Shown piece by piece: positions 25,460 to 40,675 of a DNA stretch of 64,000 nucleotides. This DNA is from Trichosphaerium sp. ATCC 40318 (taxonomy: Eukaryota > Protista > Tubulinea). The stretch is taken from the NCBI GenBank assembly GCA_038496445.1, contig JALMLS010000497.1, forward strand, positions 1 to 64,000, in the 5' to 3' direction. The notes under the pieces were generated by a model. The model was not told the origin of the DNA, searched no databases, and saw only the letters and a list, made by a program, of their open reading frames with translations. A program made the translations under genes and the position numbers. Numbering within the stretch: position 1 is the first letter of the stretch; the number at the start of each line of letters is the position of its first letter.

Positions 25460-26946
25460 TCTCCTGGTGTGAAAAGTACAACATGTCCTCATGGTAAGCA
25501 ATACTAGTAATATCCTCTGTTTTATTATGATTCATTCTAATATGAACAATATCGCCTGTGTCAACAAACAATCTGAGTATTGAACCTCCCCAACAAAAAA
25601 GTAAGCTGCCTAAAAAAGTATCTTTAGCTTTTTTCTGACAAAAACAGGAACACCAGTGCTGAAAAATGGTAATTTTGACTATTCATAAAGACAGTAAAAA
25701 AGTCCCACATGGTTATATTCTACCAGAGACGCTGAGTACTACGCAAGCGTAACTGTACAAAAAACAACAAAAGTATGTTTGGTTTTTTTTTTTTTCAAAA
25801 AGAGTGGTCTTGTGACTGGCATGTTGTCTGCACAGTACTTGTATCAACAACGTACCGTTTTTATAAAATATATAACCCCATTTATAAATACATTTTCTTT
25901 TAAACAAAAGTGTTTCAACCTTTGTTTCGAGATTCAAACAATATATCAACAATGTTTGCCATTGATTTGCTCTGTAGTACAAATTGCCCTTCCCGTCAAA
26001 TGCCAGGCCGACAGGGCGTTTAGCTTGTATGATTTCTTTGATATCTTCATCATAAAGACGTCCACCATTATTTGAAAATGTTGGATTCCTTACCACACAA
26101 AAACGGTTCTCCTTTCTCAAGGAGTAGCAAATGTCACCTGACGGCATAATAGAAATACCTCGTGCCCAATTATGTGAATAAATAAGTACTTTTAGTGTAT
26201 TCGTGTTCGCTTCCAAGTATAATATACGCTACATAATCTATTAAAACAAGAACTTGTATATGTACATCGGTGTGTACTCTGTTGACTAAATAAGGAAAAA
26301 GTGAAGTAAACTTACACATGTACCAGAATTACAAAAGAAAATGTTGTTGTTCTTGTCCACTACAACATCTTGTGGGAATTGAAGTTTATCCCTTGTAGAT
26401 TCAAACGTTGTTGTTTTGTTTGTTTTTATATCGATCTTGTGTATTAAATGGAGCTTATTGTCAATCACGATCAACTAGTATAATGTTGTAAGAAAAAACT
26501 GAGATACAAAGTTGCTGTCTCAACTAAATTTTGGCTGACACGTGGGAAAATACTGATAACGTACATTACCATCATTATCGAAGGCAAGTCCCCTTATGTT
26601 ACCACAAATCGCTGATAACTCTTCACCTAAACACCAACTGTCAAATCAAACAGATAGAACTTTTCTCGTACCACCTACACCATGTATCACTGAGTGCGTT
26701 GTAGCTATAGTCTTAAAAAGTTGTGTAAATGAAGTAGTATGTCAAATGACTCTATATTGCGTTGTTTTAGAGTGGTACCTTGTACAATAACGAGCCTTTA
26801 CAGACATTACACAGAAATTTGCTCGTAAGCATTGTATTCAATAATGCAGTAGGTGTAGAAGCGAAATCTACGATACAAAGCGCTATTTCAGGTGGAAGTA
26901 TGGAGAAACCCTCATTTGCGTTTGTTTCACGTTTCTCTGGTTCCAT
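25460..26946 (-). CDS. F-box + NHL/beta-propeller repeat protein
   Basis: FSILPPEIALCIVDF..MLTSK, followed by IRGLAFDNDG, FPQDVVVDKNNNIFF and PVGLAFDGKGNLY. Confidence 0.75.
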
Positions 26947-28139
26947 TAATACAGTCGCGTACTGTCCAGTGTGCTATGCTTCGCCGGAGCAAGATTGTAG
27001 GGTTCAGAAGGTCAAAGCCAGCAAAATAAACTGAGTGAATCTCGCACCCCAATTTTTACAGTTGCTGTGAGAAAAAGCCACGTGGTATTGTTACTATTCT
27101 CTGATTACAATTAATCATGAGATTAATGGTGTCTCGCTAATGAACATTAAAATGTATTCTCTGAATTATGTAACATGTAAACAGCTATTATCCTAAAACT
27201 AAGGCCACATCTCTCTTACACGTATTGTCGGTATCGTTCAAGATTGAGAAACTTTGCAGCTTTTTGTCGTTTGTGTTCCTAAAGAAATAGACGGTTTTTT
27301 TTCACATTATTAGTCCTGGTATACCCAAAATTCTCGTTCGTGTTTTTTCACATGCAATTGACGTGTTTGGAAGGACCTTTCCTGATTTCATAGCATAAAG
27401 TGTACCTTTCGTCGTGCTCAGTACATAGGCACGTATTTATGCAATGTGTTACCACTGAATGTTGGAGGATTGGGCTGATTTTTTCTTTTCGTGTAACTGT
27501 TTTCAACACATGATTAAGTATAACATGTTACCACGCTATGAATGTATCGCCGCATACAACATGCAATAAATAGTACGAACAGTTATCTAAAGTTTTTACA
27601 AAACCGAGTGAGCAGGGACAGTGCATATTGGTTTGTCAATAAGGATTGAGTGCCAAACTTTACTGATATTATGTAAATCACGATAAAAAATATGTACAGT
27701 ATAGCGAGGTTACAATACAGACTTGTACAAACTTCTCGTATTGCTCTTGGCAGTAAACTGTAAGTGCAACATTGGATAGTCCAATACAATATTATACGAC
27801 AGACAACTATATGGTAACAAATACAGGCTACAGAATTGCAAAGATACAAAAAAAATAAAAAAATAAACAATGTGAAAACTAACATGGACACTACTCGTAT
27901 AATAAGCGACCAAACTTACTGTGTAGATGCAATGTGTGTAGTGCTTACGCCATGGCGAAAAATTCTTAATCATGGTTGAGTAAGTTAAATTTGCTGTAGG
28001 TGCTATCACTTTAATTCGTTTTCAAATAATTTTTTTATTTTTTCTTTTTACTGAGCAATAGAATGAGTACAATTACCTACATAAAAGATCAATAACTTCA
28101 AGTGCTCAAAGAACTGTTATGGTTTTTGTTCACAAACAC

Positions 28140-29552
28140 GATTAAAAAATAAGTTTGGTGCCTGGCTAGTGTTTATCAACGAAGTGTTGAGGTTGTAGCT
28201 CAGACTCATTTAGATGCAAAATAATAATAAACAGAATGAAACGTACAATTTTTTCTTTGAGAATAAATAAAAGTGCTGACGTTAGTACTGACTGTATGGC
28301 CTTCGCAGAGAACCCTTTATATAAACCTAAGATGCCTTCCCCTTCCATTATTGTCTGTAAATGCAATATCAGTAAAAAAGCACGTGAAAAGTAAACTCTT
28401 TAGCATGCAAACTTAGAAAAAACTTACCTCAAAAGATTGCATCATTGATTGGTATTTAGAATCTTCTTGCTCTTCTCTTTTACGCACCTAAACGCAATGT
28501 ATTTTAGATCACAAATTCAGAAAAAGGGAATCCAGTAGTCAGTAACTAGGTAATAGCAACGCTAGAAACTAGTCTTCGTGCAAACAAAATTTGTTGGAGA
28601 TGAGTACCTGGAGTCTTGTCTTTACTACAATGTATGGATAAGTCGCTATCGTAGCGGCTAATTTAGACAATGCACCAAGAACAAATAGCTCTACTCCCGT
28701 AATATTCTTAGTACCCTTCCAAGCTAACAATCTCAATTTTGCTCTTTCAAAAACGGAATACTGAATAACAGGATTCAAAACTAAAACAAGAGCAGGCATT
28801 ATTCCCTTCCATAGAGCAAAGATTCCTTCTTGTTGAATCAATGACGACAGTGTAGCAAACGTTGATGTTTTTTCCTTTGATTGCTGCTGTCTCACTGTGA
28901 TTATCCATATTGGATTAGTAAGCAAGGCAGTCATACACCCTATCAGAAAAAGATTAGTGGGGTTTTTTTTCGCCTGAACTTAAAAATCATGTGCTGATCA
29001 CGTGGTATCAACCAACGCTTACAAACATTTACGAGTGTTAATTCTATAATGTAGTATTTAATTGAAGGTAAAAAAGCGTACCAGCGAGTGAAGACACAAT
29101 AATGTTTTCAGTGACATGCAAAGCTCTCCCGCTTGCTTGTTTTGCTGCCATTTTATTAAAAAGCTCATAAAAGTAGTAATACGCCGCTTGAGTTGCTGCG
29201 TTACCAACCATTGCCGAATACCACCCTCTACAAAGGTGTAAAAGGAGAAATAAGCTTGTTTTTCCGAAACTTACTTGTATAGCGCCTGACCGCCTTCGGA
29301 TGATATTATCTTATTAATCTGTTGCGTCATGGTCATTGTAATCTCCTCTTCGTTAGCCTACAATTTGGTAACATTTAGAATGCCAGTACGCTTTCAAACC
29401 TGGCGTCTTGTAGTCTAAAATACAGTTTAGGAGCGTAATATATGATTATTGAAGCGTACAAGTACGGATAATGGAAAAGTAGCTGTTAGACTTAGACATC
29501 CACCTAAAGCGCCTGCTAGTGCGTGGAGAAGCGCTGTGCCTTCACTTGCCAT
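28140..29552 (-). CDS. Peroxisomal membrane carrier, PMP34/SLC25A17-like
   Basis: HALAGALGG..ATFPL, LLTNPIWII, ALVLVLNPVIQYSVFE, GALSKLAATIATYPYIVVKTRLQ and EGILGLYKG..QSVLTSA. The 3' end is approximate. Confidence 0.9.
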
Positions 29553-29618
29553 TGTTGTAGTAAGGTTGTTTTGACTTTACCAAGACTTGTTCTCGCTCTT
29601 TTTTGTTAGCTGTTAGCA

Positions 29619-31113
29619 ATGATTCTACCGCGTGTATTTAAACGCTACTATGTAGCGGAGCGCAAGGTTACATTAGATTTCAAATTAGACAATATTGGCG
29701 GTGTTGAAGTTCGGAGAGATCCTTTACTCCATCACATCACAAGGAACGTATATTAAATGCGTATGAACGCCAACAAAGCTTAGAATAAACCCAGAGCGTG
29801 CCTCTAGACCAAAACAAACAGCGAGTACATCAGCAGCCTTAAATAAGCTCATAGAAGAAGCTGGCGATGGCCCTTTCGCGTTAAAAAATGTTTCAGCAGT
29901 GCGTTAATGTCAAATGCTTCAAAACGTCATCTCTAAAGCTAAAAGTAGCTGAAAGAGAAGCTCACACCAAGAATATGCAAGTTATTAAATATTTCAAAGT
30001 CTGTTGGTGTGTTTGAGAGAAATGAGTGTCGTTTCTTTCCAAACAAGTTTCCTTTTGGAAGCAATCACGTTGTTGGTACATCAAAAAAATACTTTAATGT
30101 TGGCTTAATAACAAGTTTTTTTTTTTAACTTCCAGGTGTCATATCTAATGCACCTTACGTCGAAATGCAGGATTTCAAACGTGAGCAACTAGCTGATATG
30201 TTATGGTGTGCAAAGAAGCTAACAAAAGCGTTTAATGAGGCGGATTGTAAGACCATCACAAGATATCTTTTTTTTTTTATTTATTTTTATTACAGCCAAG
30301 GATATATTTCCTACATTGATCTGGAACTACCTTCCGCCAAGTGGAGGATCGATTGTGCATCCCCATGTGCAACTACTTGTAGAGTCAAGAGCAATTAATA
30401 TAGTAGAACAAACGATAACAAGAGCACGTGCTTACAAAGAGACGGAAGGAGCAGAATATTTTAAGAATTTAATTCGATTAGAAACTACTTTAAAGGACAG
30501 GTTAGCATTGCCTTGTTGTTAATCAACTCCTTGTATAGTGTATTAATGCATTTATGTAGGTACATTGGTAGCTACGGTTCAACTGTCGTATTAGCACCAT
30601 TCGCACCACGAGCTTACAACGAAGTCCATATTTTTATTCCTGGATGTTCAACAATAAGTGACCTAACAGATAGACAAATCGGTGACTTGTCGATTGCAAT
30701 TACAAGGGTTCTATTCGGATACAAACAACTAGGTATGCCACAACTACTATTACATGAAGCGCATTTATCCTTACATTTTCCTAAGGCTTGGGCTCGTTTA
30801 ACATGGCTTCAGTATCAGGTAAAACACTTTAGCGGACAAGTTTTGACCTTTGTTTGTAGGTCCTGTTAATGGCTCTGAGGACTTCACATTACATTTTAAA
30901 TTATTTTCACGCCCACATCCTAATGGTATTTATACAAATGATACTGGTGCTTTTGAAAGACTATATGATGAATTTGTACGATTTGATGAAACTCTTTTTG
31001 TTTAAATTGTTTAGTCGCATTTTACTCAATTGTACTTACACGAAAAATCTTTTTTAGGTTGTTGATATGTTCCCTGAACTATTGGCTGAAGAGCTAAGTA
31101 AAAGATTCGATAA
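29619..31113 (+). CDS. GalT-like (galactose-1-phosphate uridylyltransferase/HIT superfamily) protein
   Basis: VEVRRDPL, FPNKFPF, WNYLPPSGGSIVHPHVQ (HxHxQ), LAPFAP and PELLAEEL. Confidence 0.8.
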
Positions 31114-31430
31114 ATAAAACAGAAGATTTTGTTTCTTGAAACAATCACAGTTTGGCCTTGTTTGGCCTTTGTTGAAAACATGCGCGCGTAGAAAATGTTG
31201 GTATACGTCTATATGACGAGTAGAACGCCTGGGTTGAAGGCGTACAAACTGACTGCGTCATGATAAAACGAAGGAAAAAAATAAAACCGCCAAGTGTCAT
31301 TTTTTTTGATTCTCTAAGAAAAGCGCGTGGTGATTCTAAAACAAGTTGTTTTATTGTTAGAACCTCGTTTTAGCAACGATGGGGTGGTGAGTGATAAAAT
31401 AAAGGTATTTGTGGCGTTTGAAAAGATTGT

Positions 31431-31808
31431 TTACCGCTCAAATGTATTCGTCTTCAAAATCTTCGTCTTCCCACCTTTGAGTTGCTATACAAACGCGTAA
31501 GAGGGGTTTTTTAGAGTAAATTGGTAGGGAGGCGTACATTTCTTTTCCTGTGGAGTATTTTCAGCTTTGGCTTTTATAGCTTTCTTTTTACGCCTTGGTT
31601 TACCGTTCCACCACCTATCAAGCTTTTTGTATATTTTAGGTGACAAGTAAATGGTGGAACCAAGCACTGCGCCCCAGTACGTTACTATAAACCACCTAAC
31701 GAACTAAGTGGACGCAAGTTTAACCACTATGTACTCATAAGGCGTTTTTGGCTTGTAACGAGCCCAACTGACTAAACGAGTACTGATCTTGTAATACCAG
31801 TTGCTCAT
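31431..31808 (-). CDS. Small hypothetical protein with one hydrophobic segment
   Basis: Three putative exons: MSNWYYKISTRLVSWARYKPKTPYE / VVYSNVLGAVLGSTIYLSPKIYKKLDRWW.. / QLKGGKTKILKTNTFER*. Confidence 0.4.
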
Positions 31809-32105
31809 TATGCATAATAAGCTCAGAAGTATCTTGACCCGGAGAAATAGCAGCTATTTATTCCAAGCCATTCTAAACAGCTTATTACGCTCACAAAATG
31901 AGCATTCTATCAATAGTGACAACGTTAGGGCTGGTAATGTTTGCTGGTTGGACTTTAACGAATACGTACCGTTACGCCACTGGCGACTACTTTACCATAA
32001 ATGGGCTACCCGAGGTACCATAAAAACTGTATTTTTCACACGAAAAAGCGTGCACAGGTTTTTTACCGTTCGTAATCGATTAATATAGCTAAAACTCTTC
32101 CTAGA

Positions 32106-33141
32106 ATGCTATGGAAGCGATTGGTGTCCATAACTATACTGATCTGTGCGTTATTATGTTGGCACATCGTTTTACAGTTTTCTAGTGAAGCATTTTCAGC
32201 CCGTGTTTGGGAAGCCAGATTCGCTCACCATTTAAAGTATCCAACATCTCTTGTTGTTGAATCTCATGTACATCTGTCTACTCTATATGGTGCCTTATAA
32301 CGGAAACCAAGTTAGAGAGATAGCTGACATTGTCTTGTTTGTTTAGGTTTGATTGTACCTTTTCAGTTTTCAACAACTGTACGCAGCAGCTTTCCTATGA
32401 TTCATAGAGTATGTGGGTGTATCCTTTTCTATTTGTTGTTGAAATTGCACAAGGCAGCGTTTATAATTTTAACTTTTCTTGTGCTGCTTTGCTTGTTGCG
32501 CGCTTGTCACTTCGCTTCTGCCTGGTCCATTGCTTAAACAAATGTTATTGACATTATAAGCTTTGTTTGCTTGTAAAGTTTCAGACCAAGAACGTGATGA
32601 GTGGTAACTTGCCAAGCATGCATAATTTTACTACTTTCTTAATTTTGCTTTGATTGTTTTTTTTTCCTTCACTCTTTTGAGACTTGTACTACCTTCTGAG
32701 TATATACTTGAGTATTACAGGTATAATGTTAGGAGTGAATACAACACATGATATACATGTTCCAGTGGTAGCAGTACTAAATGGAGGATTGTTCGTGTAT
32801 GCAATATACAATTCATACATTGCTGCAAAAAATAAGAGATTTTTGGAACACAGAGCATGGAATCTCAGATCCCTTGCTTGTTCAGTGTTTGTACTTGTAC
32901 AGCGATTTTTGTTTGGTGTTTCTTTATCTTTCCTACCACCTGCTGATGTACGTGTTTTGGAGTTATTTTTAATGAATGTTGTACCTGACAATTTGATTTT
33001 GTATTTAGGATCACACATCTTGGATGAAGAATTGGGACACTGCTTTTGCATTGGGCAATTGGTTAAGCTTTGTTCTATGCAATATGTTTGTAGAGTATTA
33101 TATATCCTTACAGAAACCAAAGAAGCGAAAAATATACTAAT
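32106..33141 (+). CDS. DUF2306-like membrane protein
   Basis: PFQFSTTVRSSFPMIHRVCG..Y and EHRAWNLRSLA motifs, plus hydrophobic helices. Confidence 0.7.
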
Positions 33142-33411
33142 TAAGCATAATAGCACTGTTTTACACAAGAAACAAAATAGTGGAATCAGATTCCACTTTC
33201 CTACTTTCTCATTATTTTCACATCGTCAGTTTACTAATAATAACATGATGCCATCACATGTTAATCTAAACAAAGGTTTCACCTAAGCAGTAAGATGATT
33301 ACTTAGAGAAGCGCTCTATGAGCAATTCAAAAACAGAATTGTTAAGTGAGTTTATTTTTTGACATTATTTCACCACTTGGTAAAACTGACAACGTATCGC
33401 TGTACTCCACA

Positions 33412-35048
33412 ATGCAGAATAACCGATTTGACATTCTACCAAACGAAATAGTGCTCACAATATTCGAAAATACTGACACTTTAACGCTAGTGTACTGTGG
33501 TAGCGTATGCAGGCGTTGGTACGTGAGTTCAGATATAAACCGTTTTTCTTGCTTACAGGAGCCCTCGGTAGGCGCGATTTAAGCGTCGTAGAGTCTCTAT
33601 GGCCTATTTACAATGCTGAGCACTCTGTACGTTACTAAAGACCGCATTTGCTGTCAACTACGTGTTCTAGCTCGCTTACCATCTCGAAGGGCGCTAGAAG
33701 AGCTAATTACTTGCTTCGTAAACGAATAGAAGCAAAAGGACGGCGAGAACATCGCACACTTCAAAAGTACCGTAGAAATCATTTTATTCAGAAGATTGAC
33801 ATTTTGACACTTTAGGAAACATGATTTTGAACTTTTTCGTCGACTGCTTTTCACTTGTCCTCTTGTTTCTCATATCTGTGTTAACCAGTTTCATATGATA
33901 ATGGCTCAACTTGCAACCATGACCACAATAGTAGGCACGTATTTCATTCAACGAGAATATTTTAAGAATTTTTACTATTTTTGTTCTTACACATGCGTAG
34001 AAGCATTACCAACAATGAAAGAAGTCTATCAGCGTGTACGCAGAAAAGCAATTTATACTATTGAACCATACATGGGTTTTTTAATTAAAACGTAGTGGGC
34101 GTTATCACCTGTGCCTTACTTAAACCTCGGTTTGATTGGCGATTTTTGGATACTTGGAAGATTGTTTACACCTTCCATTGTTGAAAAGCCAGTGCGATCT
34201 CAAGTGAAAGTATTATCAAAAGGTACTTTATATGGGCTTGTATTCCATATTTTAATCTTATAATTGAACTTTAGCATTCATAATAACGCTCACTACTTCA
34301 TTCCTTAGTATGCCTGTGGAAACGAGTGCGTTTACTTTCATCAACACGTATTCAGTTAATTCTTGTTTTATAGTTAAAACTGGTATGGCTGCGCTATGGT
34401 CATCAAGTAACACAACGCATATAAGCGTTGCAAGAGAAATTTACACCAAGCATGGTATTACAGGGTTTTTCTCTGGAGGAATAACAGCTGTTGTTGCGAG
34501 TATGCAATTTTACTTGTTGTTGATAAACGTTTATAATTTCGGGTTAGTTGCTACATTGAAGACACTTGGTATGTTTTTGGGTTATAGATTATGGATATAC
34601 TTTGCTAAAAGATACAATGTATCGCACAAGACATCATATTCAGACCCTATAAGAAACACATTATGTACGTCATCCAAATGCGCAAAAAAGAAATCTAATT
34701 ATTTGTCCTGCAGGGTCAGTTTTATTTGTTGGCATCTGTGGTCATGTACTCACCACTCCTATAGTGACAGCTTGTCGCCTCATGTATGTACTAAAGCTAT
34801 AAACTATGGCTTTACTTAATGTATTTGTAGGCAAAGTGCACTAGTAGTTCCCGGTTCTTGCATGGCTGATAGGTCATTACTTAACACATTAGTTCTTGTA
34901 GTGAAAGAAAAAGGCTTCATGGCGCTTTTCCGTGGGTTACAACAATCTTCAGTACGTATTCAACTGGCGTTAAATGATTTTTAATTCATTTTAGAATCTT
35001 TTGTTGACAATGTTGATTGCTCAGTACACTGCAGTTACATGGTGTTAA
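33412..35048 (+). CDS. F-box domain fused to a divergent mitochondrial-carrier (SLC25) domain
   Basis: FDILPNEIVLTIFENTDTLTLVYCGSVCRRW. Later exons give MPVETVKT..VAREIYTKHGITGFFSG and TTPIVTACRLMQ..VVKEKGFMALFRG. Joining exon 1 to exon 2 needs a small indel near 33560. Confidence 0.6.
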
Positions 35049-35301
35049 TAGTTTTTAATATGAACAAAAACTTCTCTAATTATTGGGTGAGGCAATAATC
35101 AATTTAACCACAGCAAACTTACTTGACATTGTCAACTCAATTAATAATTACTCATGTAATCAGATAACAACTGTTCTGAAGATAAATAACTACAATTGTG
35201 GACTACAACTTATGAATTCATACTATAACCAAACTTAGCTGCAAATTTATGCTTTAATTGCGCTTTTAATAGTAAAAGGTTTCCAATGGCTTACATCTGA
35301 G

Positions 35302-38300
35302 CTAGTTTTCAAATGTTAAATAGGGTTGCTTTTTAGTTCCATCTTCGTTTACTTCTTCAGGTTCTTGAGGCTTCTTTGGAATAACAAGGCATAGTACCTT
35401 AATATGAAATGGTTAATAACGCATTATTATAATGGTATACATACCACACAGATTAGACAAACGCACACAAGAGAGAAGAGAACAATAGCAACTATCAGAT
35501 ACACTTGATAGTTTTCCCAAAATTTTGAAAACCCAGTTTTAGGCAACTCTCCTCGTGTAAGTAGACGCATAGTTGATGATATCCTGAAGTTTCCTCTACC
35601 TTTTACTGGATCTCTAGATATACCTACAGGGAATATACCAAGTTGTATTAGGTACTCCTAGTTGATATTAATTAACATCAATCTAATAAAAACGTGTGCC
35701 GTGTTTAGAAGTTATCTTGTTTTTTTCTTATTTGTAGCTAAAACGCAACAATGATGTGACGTGCCTGTCCTTTTGTAGCATTAAAAGAAATCATACTTTT
35801 ATAACCACAATCATTTGAACTGCATGCAATAATAGATGTATTTGATACAGCGTCACAATCTGTAGTAGAATAAATTGCCATCTAGTTTGAACAAAAAGGT
35901 TAGTACTAAAAAGTGTACAAAACAAAATCACGTAAGCACTTTGTACTTGGACTTCAGAAATGAGAAAAAAAAAAGGCAAAAAAGAATCACGTGATAAGTA
36001 CCTTTGTGTCGAGAGTAGGTGATAGATCATCACAAGTATCAACAGTAATAAATTGATCCTCATCTGATATCCATCTAAACCAAACATCTGATTCAATACC
36101 AAGCTCATCCGCTATGTCACAACGTTGCATATTTTGACCAATTTGCCCTTTGGTGGCACTTTTAACATATTAGCCAAAACATGGTTAAAAACCACAACGT
36201 TAATTGTTTTGACCTACCGTGAATTATCCCAAGGAAATATACCAGTTCCATTTATTGTAATAGCATCAATACAAAAATCGGCAACTACAACAACCATTAA
36301 AGAAGATCAAAATAGCAACCTGCTGCAGGTTTTTTTTTTCAAGTTTGACAAAAACAAACTAAACTTTTGTGCTAGCTAGTAATAACAGTGATGTAATGAA
36401 CCCTTAACTAAAATTACTACTTACCTTCTATTATCTCTGATGGGTCTTCTAGTATTACTTCAGATACACATTGAGGATATCTTAGCTTAACATATTGTTC
36501 AATACGTTGTCTTATATTCCAATTCACTCTAACGCTATCAGTCCCATAAAATCCTTTTCTACCCATGTATTCATGCATATCTACTAGCGTTCCAACGCCC
36601 TTTGTATCACAGTAGCTCATAATAGATCCTAGCAACCGAAGATTGTAAGAAAAGAAAAGAAAAAAAAAAGAGCGCACCTCCTGTTTCTGGTTTTTCTAAT
36701 GGATTGCTACCGCATTCACCATCGCAGTTATCAATAGGCGGAGGGAATCCGGCGCCATATCTAAAGCAATCCAAATCTTGATTATTGTAACAATGAGTAT
36801 GAGGGCTTCCAAGACTGTGACCTTGAGAAACAAATCAAACACGAAAGTATTGTGTTTTAAAGAAACGATTATCTTGTATTGTAGTGTACCTAACTCATGA
36901 CCAACAACAACAGTGTTAAATTTAGGATTTTCTTTTGTAATACCAGAGATTCCTAGAAATATGTAAGTAAGAGTTGTCACGTGTTAATTTTATTGAAAAG
37001 CTAAAAGTATATGCCAAGAAAATCACGTTTTTTGGTGTACCTGTGGCGCTGGTTGAACATAAAGTTCCAATGTATGCTAAACCACCTTCGTTTCTCCCTG
37101 AAAGGAGATGTACTGCGCCAATATTTCTTTGTTCTATATACTCTACACCTGATGGCCTATTCAAACATTGTTTAGTATTCTAAATGCTAACAAGTTTATT
37201 GTTGCTTACTGAATATATTTAGAAGTTAAGTCCTCTAGCAAAACAGTAAAATTCTTGTTTCCTGCCCAAGGTGTAGCAGCTTTAAGCGTTAGGATACAGC
37301 AGAAATATGAGGAAAATCACAAGACGTTTTAAGTAAAAATTGAGAATTCTCAATAATTTCCGTACTTGGTGTTTGAGACACAAAAACATCGGCTATACTT
37401 ACAATTACCCCCAAGTCTCTTTTATAAAATATATTTACACGTGCAATAATACCGGCTACAAAATCAGCAGCAGCACGAATAGCCAGCGAACCTTCAAAAT
37501 CATCTTCAAAAAACTGAAAGAATGAATAATCAGACTCGAACGCAACCTTTAAACCAAATAAGTAAGAACAGATTATTGATCAAAACCATGCTATATTCCA
37601 GATTTGTGTTCAGAAACGAAAAGTAAGTTGTCAAGTTGTACCCTGATAGCGTATACCGGCTGCCAGTTACTGAAATCTGTTGGACATTCCCTATTCATTG
37701 GGCATTAGATTTCTATGTACTTTTGTGGCCTTCTTGTTAGTACGTTGTTTGTCGTTTGATGTGATCATGTGCTTGCTTCTTTATATCTGCTTCAAAGTCA
37801 CGGATAGTATGATTGTGGGATCCACATTTAAACCTCGGAGGCTCAACTTCTTTTCGTTTTTGTTTTAAAACCAATACATCGTGATCTCTGTGACCCAAGT
37901 ACCACTCTCCCTAAATGTCAATCAACGTAAACGCATTTTATTCGAACCAGTCCATAAAAAACCACTCGGGCAAATAGGCAAATAAAACGTACCTCGTGAA
38001 GTATGGATGCTGTAACGTTTTTAGACTCATGTACTGTAAGATGAACTACCGAATGAATATCTGACGATGCTTTACCTGTGAAAAAATGCGATTCTATCAG
38101 TAGTTAGTGCCAAATCACGTGTACTACTACTTTAATACGAACCTGGTGGTCTGATAAAGCCATCTCCAGTATGAATACGTGCGTCACTGGCCCAAGGAGA
38201 TGGAAGCTTTCTAAGCTTATAATGCTGTGACTCTACTACTCCTCTGTTGAAAGTTAGTAAAGGGAAAGCCCACAACTATCCCTGTTGTGTTTTTTTTTTA

Positions 38301-38492
38301 CCTTTTGTTCGTTGTAGAAGATACTTCTAGCTCTGACCCAGTATTAAACTGTCCAGGGTTATCTACAAGTTGAGAGAAGGTGATACTGTGGGATGAAACC
38401 CATTCCATACTCAAAATCACCCTTATCACGTGATAAGCATACTGCTAGCGGTATAAACAAACGTACAATAAGGTAACGACGAGAAGGTGCAT
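35302..38492 (-). CDS. Membrane-anchored M12B/reprolysin-like zinc metallopeptidase, paralog A
   Basis: Signal peptide, GGLAY, HELGHSLGSPHTH, Met-turn GSIMSYC, a DFC..DVWFRW..TVDTC..DTK domain, a TM helix and a tail ending YLTFEN*. Confidence 0.88.
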
Positions 38493-38916
38493 TTTATACT
38501 GAGTACAAAAGAAAATAGTGCCTCGGGTGATTCCCAACCGCTTATGCGAATTCTGGCAAACTGTTTTTTCTCTAATGTTCTACAAAAAGAATACGGAATG
38601 TACTGAAAATCGCGCCATAGACAACTTACTCGGGTGTTTTGATTTCGTAACTTGATACTGTATTTGGCGCTACAAACTGATTGGTAGCCTTCTTGCAGCA
38701 CTAGAGCTTTGCTTTCACGTTTTTAGAGCCACCAAGCTTCCTTTTTTTCATTTGTCACTCAACGGACACTTAAACCTCACTTACATACGGTTTTAGTGCA
38801 TATTACGATTTTCTCAACTCCAAAGCCAGTTATCTAGCGCAAACTGATTTTGCCGCAAGCGCTCACAAGCTTGGTGAGAGTTTATAGCTAGGGTGTTTTT
38901 CACGTGATACGATGAA

Positions 38917-40219
<1,303 letters not shown>

Positions 40220-40675
40220 TTCACCAACAGTTTAGTATAATATTCATTCACATGTTAAGTCAACCCGCTCGCTTCGCAAACTGGATAATGCGCTGAAAAA
40301 ACTCATGCAGTCGGACCATGTAAAATCTTGAGCCATAATATTATCTAAACAACTACAGTGGCACGTGAAATTACCTCGAAGAGTTGCTTTCTACAACTTG
40401 CTAGCGCACCTTATGCATATGGCTACTTAGAGCCAATTCATGGACAAAAAACCTGAGCATTGAGTTTTTTCGCTGCTAGGAAGATACGAACTGTATGATC
40501 AACAATTTGGGTGCGTCGAAAAGTTGTCGATTGAAAACGGTTTGCAACACAGTGCTTTTTTCTATTAAAGGTGTAACTTTTTTCACTTCAGTTTATTGCA
40601 AAGACGTTTAAAAACGAAAAAAAACTATTAAGACAGTACTTCATCCCTTGTCAATAAAGATGCGTTTGTTTTATT

